DNA of 64,000 nt, from the IMG/VR virus record IMGVR_UViG_3300025674_000014; one strand, given 5' to 3'. Every line of letters starts with the position of its first letter. The first letter of the stretch is position 1. Below are positions 56,852-64,000 of this stretch, piece after piece. Below the pieces are notes generated by a model that saw nothing but the letters and a program-made list of their open reading frames with translations, had not been told where the DNA came from and made no database searches. The translations under genes were made by a program, and so were the position numbers. The DNA is from a virus. Taxonomy: Duplodnaviria; Caudoviricetes.

Positions 56852-57424
56852 ATGAACTTTATTACATATTCAGCCGGTAGAAAATTCTTTCTTGAAAGAT
56901 GTCATTTTTTGCAATATTATGACGAGTGGGCTTATGATTATACACATAATGATATTGTACCTTACTGGGATGAAAATAATTACTGGGATAAATTTCCTAT
57001 TAAGTTAGGTTTTGAATTTAAAAACACTATTTCATTACCTGGTAAAAATATTGTTGGTGGTATTGCTTATACTTTTGAAAATTACGAGTTACATATTAAG
57101 AGATTGTTTACTTGTAAACGATATAGACGCCAAGGTGTAGCTAAACAGCTATTAAAAGAAGCGTGGTCTACTGGTTACAATAATGATTGTAGTCGTATTA
57201 GAATGTGGTGTGATAAAGATGCAGTATCATTTTATACTAAGTTAGGGTTTTCATATCTCGGTACTAATAATAAAGGATATGCTTATGTTTATATGCCAAT
57301 GTTAAACGAAAGTATGACAGAATCATTAAATACAACAAAGGGTATTAATCCATGGAGACTTTTAATAGAACGTTCTATAAAAATACCGGATGAGGCAAAA
57401 GTATTTTCTCTGTTGCATGTATAA
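56852..57424 (+). CDS. GNAT acetyltransferase
   Basis: IKRLFTCKRYRRQGVAKQLL and AVSFYTKLGF motifs. Confidence 0.85.
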   Translation: MNFITYSAGRKFFLERCHFLQYYDEWAYDYTHNDIVPYWDENNYWDKFPIKLGFEFKNTISLPGKNIVGGIAYTFENYELHIKRLFTCKRYRRQGVAKQLLKEAWSTGYNNDCSRIRMWCDKDAVSFYTKLGFSYLGTNNKGYAYVYMPMLNESMTESLNTTKGINPWRLLIERSIKIPDEAKVFSLLHV

Positions 57425-57455
57425 TTTTGAAGGAGTATAAACATGTAAATAAAAG

Positions 57456-57480
57456 AGGGGTGGGTAGGTGGGATTTTTTT
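57456..57480 (+). other. G-rich tract followed by T7 (possible G-quadruplex element)
   Basis: GAGGGGTGGGTAGGTGGGATTTTTTT, intergenic, in a very AT-rich context. Confidence 0.4.
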
Positions 57481-57512
57481 GATTTTTATGGGATAGTAGC
57501 TTAAATAATTTT

Positions 57513-57929
57513 ATGAGTAAATTATTAAGTGTTTTAGGAAGTCCGAGAGCGGGACGGTACAGCTCTGATCTATTAGATACCTTTTTCAACGATCCATTTT
57601 TTTCGTTAGGAAAATCCTCCTTTACGGACGATAAGGTAAGATTTAATCAACAAAATACCCAATTTACATGTGAAATTGATCTTCCTGGTGTAACTAAAGA
57701 GAACCTTAAAATGACAGTAGAAGGGGATCAAGTATATATCAACGCTTCTAGAAATATTACAACTAGTGGTGGTACAAAAGAAGAAAGTTATAACAGGTCG
57801 TTCGGTTTCGATACTAGAGTTTATGACGTAAATCAGTTAGATGCAACGTTAGAACATGGCGTACTTCGTATTGTAGTACCTTCAATTAAGAAGTCTAAGA
57901 AAGAAGTAAAAGAAATCGTAGTTAAGTAA
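57513..57929 (+). CDS. Small heat shock protein Hsp20
   Basis: EIDLPGVTKENL, YNRSF and ATLEHGVLRIVVP motifs. TAAATA 5 nt upstream. Confidence 0.9.
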   Translation: MSKLLSVLGSPRAGRYSSDLLDTFFNDPFFSLGKSSFTDDKVRFNQQNTQFTCEIDLPGVTKENLKMTVEGDQVYINASRNITTSGGTKEESYNRSFGFDTRVYDVNQLDATLEHGVLRIVVPSIKKSKKEVKEIVVK

Positions 57930-57942
57930 AATTATTCGTATG

Positions 57943-57970
57943 AGCGGTCACTTCGGTGGCCGCTTTTTTT
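57943..57970 (+). terminator. Rho-independent terminator
   Basis: AGCGGTCAC-TTCG-GTGGCCGCT followed by a T run. Confidence 0.9.
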
Positions 57971-58003
57971 ATGGATATAGTTGGATATTTTTTAAATTAA
58001 TAT

Positions 58004-58987
58004 ATGGATTGTGTCGTAACTGCTCTATACGAAGTCGAACCGTATTTTTTAGACGGTGACCCGTATAGACCTACGTTATGTAGACAAATGGCATTTGATT
58101 ATTATGTAGGTGGGTTGTATAGTCTCAAGGGTCTTAATAAAGATATAATTTTATTTTGTAATGATAGACCTATAAACTTCAGAGGTAAAGATATTACACC
58201 TAAAGAAGTGATTGATCAAATAATTCCCGATAAAGATTTTACAAAACAAATAAAATTTGTACCAATAAGTTTACCTAAATTTTATACTAAATACGATAAA
58301 CATTGGGAACAGTGTACTAAAATAGCTCAAAATAATCCTGATAGGTTACTTTGTTGGAACCCACCAATGGCTTGTTGTAGGGGTGATATATTTGATTACG
58401 TTTTTAAAAATTATAATTACGATACTGCTATTTGGTTTGATGCAGCGTTATCTAATGAATCGTACGTTAGTACAAAGTATGGCGGTACGTGGCATGATTG
58501 GGAATTAAATGATTGGAAAAATTATTACCCAGATAATAAAGAAGCTATTTTTTGTCCAGATTTTTATAATAATATAGGTAAGATTGTTAAAGAGTATGGT
58601 AATATTATTTGTGGTTTGAATTGGATGAATTTAGAACCTAAAGATTTCATCAAACAACAATTAATAAAAAATAACAACCCTACATTTTACAATTTTTCAT
58701 CAACAGGAGCATTTTTAGGATTTACTAAAGATTATTTTTATAATAATTTTTATAATGATTATAATAAAGCATTAGATACGTTTATAGATAATTATGATGA
58801 TATATTTACAGAAATAGAAGTGTTTTCATATATGAATATGTTTAAAGACTTTGCTAAAGTTATGTGGACTAGTTTTCACTCTAATATATTCGATGGTAGT
58901 ATGCAAAAAGCATTTTTAGATATTGTTGATGGTAACTTTAAAGTGAGATTTAATGATAGTTTAGGCAAGGAGAATTTAAATGAATAA
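58004..58987 (+). CDS. Putative HtrL-like glycosyltransferase
   Basis: CVVTALYE, AIWFDAAL, GAFLG and FTEIEVF parallel the motifs of 11281..12324. Confidence 0.45.
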   Translation: MDCVVTALYEVEPYFLDGDPYRPTLCRQMAFDYYVGGLYSLKGLNKDIILFCNDRPINFRGKDITPKEVIDQIIPDKDFTKQIKFVPISLPKFYTKYDKHWEQCTKIAQNNPDRLLCWNPPMACCRGDIFDYVFKNYNYDTAIWFDAALSNESYVSTKYGGTWHDWELNDWKNYYPDNKEAIFCPDFYNNIGKIVKEYGNIICGLNWMNLEPKDFIKQQLIKNNNPTFYNFSSTGAFLGFTKDYFYNNFYNDYNKALDTFIDNYDDIFTEIEVFSYMNMFKDFAKVMWTSFHSNIFDGSMQKAFLDIVDGNFKVRFNDSLGKENLNE

Positions 58988-59687
58988 AACAACAAAATAT
59001 GCATTAGTTATACCTACATTTGAAAATAATATAGGTTATAAATTAGCAGCTATAGACACCTACTTAAAAGAATTACCAAAAAATGTAGACATATTCTTTG
59101 TATATGGTGGTAAAGTAGATGAGGTTAATAAAGTTTTTAGGAACGGTGTAGAATTTTACGATGTTTATTGTAATACACCCGATAGAATAGAAGTGCTTCA
59201 TAAAAAACTTTTTTACTTCTTTAAAAAATTTAAAAAACAACTTTTAGAATATGATTATATTGTAAAAGTAGATGATGATGCATTTATCATGAATGTTGAT
59301 GCATTTACCACAAGTAAATTTTCAGGAGATTATATTGGTAATAAAGTAGATATAAATGATAAAAATGAAGAACAATTAAGAAGTAAATTGAATCATCTAA
59401 AAAATTATAAAGTAAGGGACAAATATACTGGTGATTTACCAAGTAACTTTTGTTCTGGAGAATTCGTTATTTTTTCCAATAAATCATTACAAGTACTTTT
59501 ATCTTATAATGGTGGGTTAAAAAGAAAAAATTATGGTTTAGAAGATATTTTTATAGGTGATATTTTAACTCAAAATGATATAAAAATTACTATAAATAAA
59601 GTTTTTAATATAGAACACCCAGTAACTGAGCCTAACTTTTACAAACTTTATACCACACATTATGAAAAAGTAGTTGAAAAGGTTTGA
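58980..59687 (+). CDS. GT31-like galactosyltransferase
   Basis: YDYIVKVDDDAF, FCSGEFVIFS and LEDIFIG motifs. Confidence 0.65.
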   Translation: MNKTTKYALVIPTFENNIGYKLAAIDTYLKELPKNVDIFFVYGGKVDEVNKVFRNGVEFYDVYCNTPDRIEVLHKKLFYFFKKFKKQLLEYDYIVKVDDDAFIMNVDAFTTSKFSGDYIGNKVDINDKNEEQLRSKLNHLKNYKVRDKYTGDLPSNFCSGEFVIFSNKSLQVLLSYNGGLKRKNYGLEDIFIGDILTQNDIKITINKVFNIEHPVTEPNFYKLYTTHYEKVVEKV

Positions 59688-59692
59688 CTATG

Positions 59693-59710
59693 TATAAATA
59701 GATATAAATA
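59693..59710 (+). promoter_or_regulatory. Tandem T4-type late promoters
   Basis: TATAAATA at 59693-700 and again at 59703-10. Confidence 0.6.
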
Positions 59711-59715
59711 AATTT

Positions 59716-59796
59716 GACCATGCAAGTTAGTTTGTGGGTTATAATGCCTGTGGTGGGGCTTATAACTAAGTAGGTGGGACTTGCATGGTTTTTTTT
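59716..59796 (+). ncRNA. Candidate structured small RNA
   Basis: 11-bp outer stem (59717-27 with 59779-89), inner stem GTTATAA.GCC with GGC.TTATAAC, T8 tail, late promoters upstream, and no ORF. Confidence 0.5.
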
Positions 59797-59818
59797 GTCT
59801 TTTTTTTTAATTATCTAT

Positions 59819-60610
59819 ATGAAAGTTCTCGTTATTGGAGAAAAATGTATAGATAAATTTACTTACGGTAAAGCTTTTCGATTATGCCCTGATTATCCTG
59901 CACCTGTATTCACCCCCGGTAGAGAAGTTATTGATGACGGTATGGCAGGTAACGTTGTTAACAACTTAAAAAGTTTAGGTATTGAACCTGACTTTTACCA
60001 CAATAGAGAAGAATTAACTAAACAACGTTATGTGGATGAACTTACAAACCACACTTTTCTTAGAGTAGATAATACTGACAGAGTTGCAAACTTAGATGCT
60101 TCTAAATTAATGGTTGGGCGAACATTAAACGATTATGATTGTGTTGTTATATCTGATTACTGTAAGGGATTCCTTTCGGAAAATAGTATAGAATATATTT
60201 GTAGGTTACACGGTAATGTTATTATTGAAACTAAAAAGGTACTTGGAGATTATTGTAAGAAAGCAAAATTTGTAAAAATGAACGAGAAAGAATATGAGGA
60301 TATTAAACCTTATATTAATCTTGAAGAATGGAAGGATAAATTAATTGTTACTTTAGGTGATAAAGGATGTTTATATAACGGTAAAATTTACCCAGTAGAT
60401 AAAGTTGAAGTTTTTGATTTATGTGGAGCCGGAGATACTTGGTTAGCTACTTTTGTTTATGGTATGTTAAAACATAAAGATACAGAACTAGCTATACCTT
60501 TAGCTAACAAAGCAGCAACTCAAGTAGTACAAAGAAGAGGTGTCGTAGCAGTTTATAGTAGACAAAACGAAAAAGGAGAACACGAGATTGTTAAAAAATT
60601 GAAATGCTAA
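59819..60610 (+). CDS. PfkB-family sugar kinase, RfaE/HldE kinase-domain-like
   Basis: VIGEKCID, GMAGNV, VISDYCKG, VTLGDKG and DLCGAGDT motifs. Start ATG 59819. Confidence 0.8.
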   Translation: MKVLVIGEKCIDKFTYGKAFRLCPDYPAPVFTPGREVIDDGMAGNVVNNLKSLGIEPDFYHNREELTKQRYVDELTNHTFLRVDNTDRVANLDASKLMVGRTLNDYDCVVISDYCKGFLSENSIEYICRLHGNVIIETKKVLGDYCKKAKFVKMNEKEYEDIKPYINLEEWKDKLIVTLGDKGCLYNGKIYPVDKVEVFDLCGAGDTWLATFVYGMLKHKDTELAIPLANKAATQVVQRRGVVAVYSRQNEKGEHEIVKKLKC

Positions 60611-60631
60611 GATTGTATATATAATACATTT

Positions 60632-60850
60632 ATGGCTAAAAAGTATAATCTTAAACCTTGTCCTTTTTGTAACAGTAAAAAATTGATTGAATGGCAAATG
60701 TTAGGTAGCCAGCGTTTTTGGAATATTATGTGTACAAAATGCGGTGCAATGGGACCGCAAATAGAAAATGACCACAAACCTACTGCTATCAGATGTATAA
60801 GTGAATCGTGGAATAGAAGAATAAATAGTAACGATGTTATTCAAGATTAA
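60632..60850 (+). CDS. Lar-like zinc-finger protein (restriction alleviation family)
   Basis: LKPCPFC...CTKCGAMGP...WNRR. Confidence 0.65.
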   Translation: MAKKYNLKPCPFCNSKKLIEWQMLGSQRFWNIMCTKCGAMGPQIENDHKPTAIRCISESWNRRINSNDVIQD

Positions 60851-61349
60851 CAGAGAAAAAGAATTTAACGACATATTTAAACTATCGTCGGATATAAAAA
60901 ATAGTGTTTGGTGTGATAAAGCACCAACTATAGTAATTTGTTCCCCTGAATTTTCTGGTATTGTAGGTCAAATTTTAATTCACGATTTAAGTTTATTAAA
61001 TGATAATAAACCTTTAAACTATTTTAGTTTAGATATGCCGTATCCAAACGGTGAAGAATTTAATTATGAACAATATAGAAATGAAATAGATAAATTAATA
61101 CCTAAATTAGATAATTTAGATAAAATAATTTTTGTCGATTCAGGTGTATTGAGAGGTTTTAATTTTTCAGTTTTAAAATTTGCAGTAGAGAAAGAAATAA
61201 ATCCAAATAAAATAAAATATGCTTGTTTATACTTGCAAGATGATTCAATTTTTGAACCAGATTATTATGTTGAAAAATTTAATTTTGAAAAACAAGGAGG
61301 CTTAACCTTCTGGTGGGAGAATGAAGATAGCCCGTATTGGGGGTGGTAA
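60834..61349 (+). CDS. Type I phosphoribosyltransferase-like protein
   Basis: IIFVDSGVLRG resembles a PRPP loop; YACLY, EPDYY and a TFWWE C-terminus. Confidence 0.5.
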   Translation: MLFKINREKEFNDIFKLSSDIKNSVWCDKAPTIVICSPEFSGIVGQILIHDLSLLNDNKPLNYFSLDMPYPNGEEFNYEQYRNEIDKLIPKLDNLDKIIFVDSGVLRGFNFSVLKFAVEKEINPNKIKYACLYLQDDSIFEPDYYVEKFNFEKQGGLTFWWENEDSPYWGW

Positions 61350-61722
61350 TATGATATCTACTTTAATGACTTATTGGTATTGTCCAGATCAAAAATATGT
61401 AGTTACTTTAGAAGAAGTAAATGAATTTTTACTTCACCATAAGGTAAAAATACGTAATGTAAAACTATGGGAATTAAAAAAGTTTAGAAACTTTAATCTT
61501 GATCCCCAGCTTGTTAAGGAAGCGCGTAAAAATTTACAACCTATTTTAGTTGTAAAAGATCTGGCAGGTAACTATACTGATGTTATCATAGGAAAGCATA
61601 AATTAGAAAGTGCTTTTCAATTAGGAGAAAAGACTATTAAAGTCAAAGAGATTAGTATGAAAAAAGCTCCTAAGAATATGAGAGTTTTATTTTTACAGAA
61701 AAAGTATGAAAGAAGCAATTGA
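61321..61722 (+). CDS. ParB/Srx-like domain protein (degenerate)
   Basis: QPILVV...IIGKHKLESAFQLGEKTIKV resembles P.lv..DGxHRl.A...G...I.V. Start is probably 61351. Confidence 0.45.
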   Translation: MKIARIGGGNMISTLMTYWYCPDQKYVVTLEEVNEFLLHHKVKIRNVKLWELKKFRNFNLDPQLVKEARKNLQPILVVKDLAGNYTDVIIGKHKLESAFQLGEKTIKVKEISMKKAPKNMRVLFLQKKYERSN

Positions 61723-61888
61723 AAAAATTTTAACAGAGTTTGCATGTAATTACAAACAAATTAATTTTGATTCCCCAGCAGCAAGGGAGTTATTAGCTGA
61801 ATTTATTTCTGATAAATTAAGTGGAACATTAGAGGAAGATTCTTATAATAATGACGATTGCTGCAATAACGATTGTGGTTGTCATTAA
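61706..61888 (+). CDS. Small hypothetical protein with a Cys-rich C-terminus
   Basis: 60 aa, ending DDCCNNDCGCH. Confidence 0.5.
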   Translation: MKEAIEKILTEFACNYKQINFDSPAARELLAEFISDKLSGTLEEDSYNNDDCCNNDCGCH

Positions 61889-61889
61889 T

Positions 61890-61974
61890 GCCAGTGTGAT
61901 GAAATTGGAAAACATAACAGACTTAAAATCTGTCGCCTTCGGGCTTGTCGGTTCAAGTCCGACCACTGGTACCA
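61890..61974 (+). tRNA. tRNA-Leu(UAA)
   Basis: Acceptor GCCAGTG/CACTGGT, anticodon arm ACAGA-CTTAAAA-TCTGT, long variable arm, GTTCAA and encoded CCA. Confidence 0.95.
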
Positions 61975-61979
61975 TTTTA

Positions 61980-62056
61980 GCCAAAGTAGCTTTAATTGGC
62001 AGAGCAGTTGATTTGTAATCATCAGGTTGTCGGTTCGAGTCCGACCTTTGGCTCCA
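61980..62056 (+). tRNA. tRNA-Thr(UGU)
   Basis: Acceptor GCCAAAG/CTTTGGC, anticodon loop TTTGTAA, GTTCGAG and encoded CCA. Confidence 0.95.
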
Positions 62057-62080
62057 TTTTAAAATAAATATAAACGATAT

Positions 62081-62290
62081 ATGAAAAACAGTACAGTATT
62101 ATTATGGTGGTTCCTATACATGTTGGTAGGAGCTGTAGCAGGATTCGGTGGATCATTCGTAGCAGGCATTGTGCTTGGTATGATTGGTGTATCAGAACTA
62201 CTAGCGATGGTAATCCTCCTTCCGTTATTGATCTATATTAATTTCGTTGTTTTTAGGTGGTCAGTTGGTAAGATCATTGCTGATTCATAA
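62081..62290 (+). CDS. Small membrane protein with two hydrophobic helices
   Basis: 69 aa, almost entirely hydrophobic. Confidence 0.6.
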   Translation: MKNSTVLLWWFLYMLVGAVAGFGGSFVAGIVLGMIGVSELLAMVILLPLLIYINFVVFRWSVGKIIADS

Positions 62291-62484
62291 TGAACGAGGA
62301 ATGCATAGAATTATTCAACAAGATATACGAAGAGATTGATGTCTTAGTTGAAGGTACTGATCCAAAAGTTCAACGCATTCCTAATATTACAGTTAATACG
62401 AGACTTAAACGTATTAAAAAAGATCTTAGAGTTCTAGACACAAAGCTGTTTATGAACTCTAAATTTTTGGAAGGTCTACTTTAG
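62290..62484 (+). CDS. Hypothetical protein
   Basis: 64 aa ORF. Confidence 0.5.
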   Translation: MNEECIELFNKIYEEIDVLVEGTDPKVQRIPNITVNTRLKRIKKDLRVLDTKLFMNSKFLEGLL

Positions 62485-62599
62485 ATGGCTAGCCAGTTTG
62501 CTCACCATAATTTATCTATACTAGTTGTGATAAAGAGAGATATAATAGGTAAGACTATTTACGCTTGATTTAATTAGTGGCGCAATTAACATCTTTTTA

Positions 62600-62619
62600 T
62601 AAGGGCCTTAGCTCAGCTG
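62600..62619 (+). repeat. Duplicated 5' fragment of tRNA-Ile(CAU)
   Basis: TAAGGGCCTTAGCTCAGCTG versus TAAGGGCCCTTAGCTCAGCTG at 63479-99 (1-nt indel). Confidence 0.85.
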
Positions 62620-62649
62620 ATTTTAAAAAAATTAAATTCAGTATTATAA

Positions 62650-62679
62650 TTAAAATCAGCATCACTTCAAGTGATGCTG
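62650..62679 (-). terminator. Probable terminator for the methyltransferase gene
   Basis: Perfect 9-bp stem CAGCATCAC/GTGATGCTG, followed on the minus strand by ATTTT. Confidence 0.55.
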
Positions 62680-62708
62680 TAAACACCGTAAATAAGTATT
62701 ATTGAAAT

Positions 62709-63413
62709 TTATATATTATTTTTAACTAAAAATAATTTATCATCACTTATTTGCTTCATTTTTCTATAAGTTATTGGTTCACAATACAACTTGCTAGGTA
62801 CCCTACCTTCAATGTTAGGCATTATTAAAGCAGTACCTCTACCGATTGGTATATTAACACAGATGTGATTATTTTCTTCAGACCATTTTTTAACACCGTT
62901 ATATACATCTGAATCATGATCTGTCATTCCTGGCCAACGAACAGTATCATGACATGTAATAATCCAATCATCACTACTCATTCTACTCCCATAATTACAT
63001 AAATCTTTATAAACTTGTTCTTCAGAATGATCTGCATCAACATGTAGGTAATCGATATTTTCGAACTGATTATAAACATCATCTGTTTTACAATTTATTA
63101 ATTTTATAAACGGATAACCTAATAACCCCTCTTTTGAGTAATACCTTTCTCCCCACGGTTCAGGTATATCTGCATCAATTAAAGTAATATCTATTTGTTG
63201 TAACAAACCAGCTTTTATTAATTCACTTTGGGCATAATGTAAAATTTTAGGAACAAAACCCGAACCTGAACCTAACACAACACATTTTTTACTAATAAAA
63301 GTATACACAAATGTGTAATAAAATAAACTCATTCCAGGATGATATTTATCTGCTCCATGGCTTTCGGGATACTTGTTAGTATCAATTAGTTCATATATTT
63401 TTTTAAGATCCAT
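62709..63413 (-). CDS. Class I SAM-dependent methyltransferase (Methyltransf_24-like)
   Basis: VVLGSGSG, LIDAD, YLHVDADHS and CHDT motifs. Confidence 0.8.
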   Translation of the reverse strand: MDLKKIYELIDTNKYPESHGADKYHPGMSLFYYTFVYTFISKKCVVLGSGSGFVPKILHYAQSELIKAGLLQQIDITLIDADIPEPWGERYYSKEGLLGYPFIKLINCKTDDVYNQFENIDYLHVDADHSEEQVYKDLCNYGSRMSSDDWIITCHDTVRWPGMTDHDSDVYNGVKKWSEENNHICVNIPIGRGTALIMPNIEGRVPSKLYCEPITYRKMKQISDDKLFLVKNNI

Positions 63414-63481
63414 AACATAATTACTTAAACTATAAAGTTGAAATTTATAGGGTATAAGTATAATAAGTTATATAAACTTAA

Positions 63482-63558
63482 GGGCCCTTAGCTCAGCTGG
63501 TTAGAGCATTCGACTCATAATCGACAGGTCGTAGGTTCAAGTCCTACAGGGCCCACCA
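63482..63558 (+). tRNA. tRNA-Ile2(CAU), lysidine type (tRNA-Met is the alternative)
   Basis: Acceptor GGGCCCT/AGGGCCC, loop CTCATAA and encoded CCA; overall sequence resembles bacterial ileX-type tRNAs. Confidence 0.88.
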
Positions 63559-63563
63559 ATCTT

Positions 63564-63881
63564 ATGAAAGAATTAACAACAATCGAAGAACTAGATAACA
63601 TTAGAAAAGAACACGCTAACGTACTTTTAGATTTTTGGGCTCCATGGTGTGGTCCTTGTAAAATGGTTACCCCTGTACTTGAAGGGTTAAGTGAAGAAAT
63701 GCCTGAAATTCTTTTTTGTAAAGTTAATATAGATGAAGCTCAAGATCTTGCTACTAAATTTGGTATTAGATCAATTCCAACATTAATGCATTTTACTAAC
63801 AAAGAAGAAGTTAGTGGTAAAATAAAAATTGGGTTTTCACCAAAACCAAAACTAATTGAATGGCTAAACAGCAAGAACTAG
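63564..63881 (+). CDS. trxA: Thioredoxin
   Basis: FWAPWCGPC and GIRSIPT motifs. Confidence 0.95.
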   Translation: MKELTTIEELDNIRKEHANVLLDFWAPWCGPCKMVTPVLEGLSEEMPEILFCKVNIDEAQDLATKFGIRSIPTLMHFTNKEEVSGKIKIGFSPKPKLIEWLNSKN

Positions 63882-64000
63882 ATCATACCTTTTTAGAAAT
63901 GGCGTATGTTTTTGCTAATCTAAGCAAAGCTAAACGTCGAAAGGTAGGGTGTATCATTGTTAAAGATGGTCAGGTGATCTCTAATGGTTTCAATGGTACA
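63860..64000 (+). CDS. dCMP deaminase, partial, runs off the window end
   Basis: Absent from the ORF track. Manual translation gives MAKQQELDHTFLEMAYVFANLSKAKRRKVGCIIVKDGQVISNGFNGT. Confidence 0.8.
   Translation, partial: MAKQQELDHTFLEMAYVFANLSKAKRRKVGCIIVKDGQVISNGFNGT

Noticed and set aside
29-60697. Many short track ORFs overlapping longer genes on the opposite strand or in another frame (e.g. 29..244, 3624..3827, 11803..12144, 15622..15906, 23058..23480, 33155..33388, 42589..42807, 43063..43395, 54084..54365, 56174..56656)
   Set aside because: They lie within well-supported genes, have no motifs or promoter geometry, and are typical shadow ORFs.
62485-62599. Possible small ORF or ncRNA in the gap before the tRNA fragment
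   Set aside because: Only ORFs under 30 aa and weak AT-rich pairing were found, with no support.
62603-62690. A fourth or pseudo-tRNA
   Set aside because: Only the 5' 17 nt match. There is no anticodon arm or acceptor 3' strand, and the TTCAA hairpin lacks T-arm geometry.
1-64000. CRISPR array, introns/inteins, transposase or integrase
   Set aside because: No spaced repeat series was seen. gp43, gp41, gp17 and NrdA/B have normal lengths without insertions, and no mobile-element motifs were recognised.
1-64000. Stop-codon reassignment or programmed frameshift
   Set aside because: Conserved genes are full-length in the standard code, TAA, TAG and TGA all end genes, and no suppressor tRNA was seen.

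Overview
This is 64 kb of an AT-rich (roughly 30% GC by eye), divergent T4-like tailed phage with a contractile tail. It carries a replication/recombination module (UvsY-like, UvsW, gp55, gp47/46, gp43, UvsX, gp41, gp59-like, gp32, gp45, RNase H, gp61). It also carries neck/terminase/tail genes (gp14, gp17, gp3, gp18, gp19, gp54/48-like, gp26/51-like), NrdAB, Hsp20, thioredoxin, a partial dCMP deaminase and three tRNAs. About 16 sugar, nucleotide-sugar and modification genes are interleaved one or two at a time with the core genes. Main leads: (1) a carbamoyltransferase + zinc-site-less QueC + stand-alone Ntn amidotransferase + GDP-sugar 3,5-epimerase block between uvsX and gp41; (2) a late-expressed set of enzymes with capsid-targeting-like N-termini (ligase-fold protein, HIGH nucleotidyltransferase, PD-(D/E)xK-like protein, Pol-beta nucleotidyltransferase); (3) an NrdB lacking the radical tyrosine (class Ic signature); (4) near-universal leaderless promoter geometry, including an internal late promoter that would yield a nested in-frame isoform; (5) a candidate late small RNA that shares a 10-mer with a nearby G-quadruplex-like element. 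All protein calls come from motif recognition by eye; no database search or computation was run.
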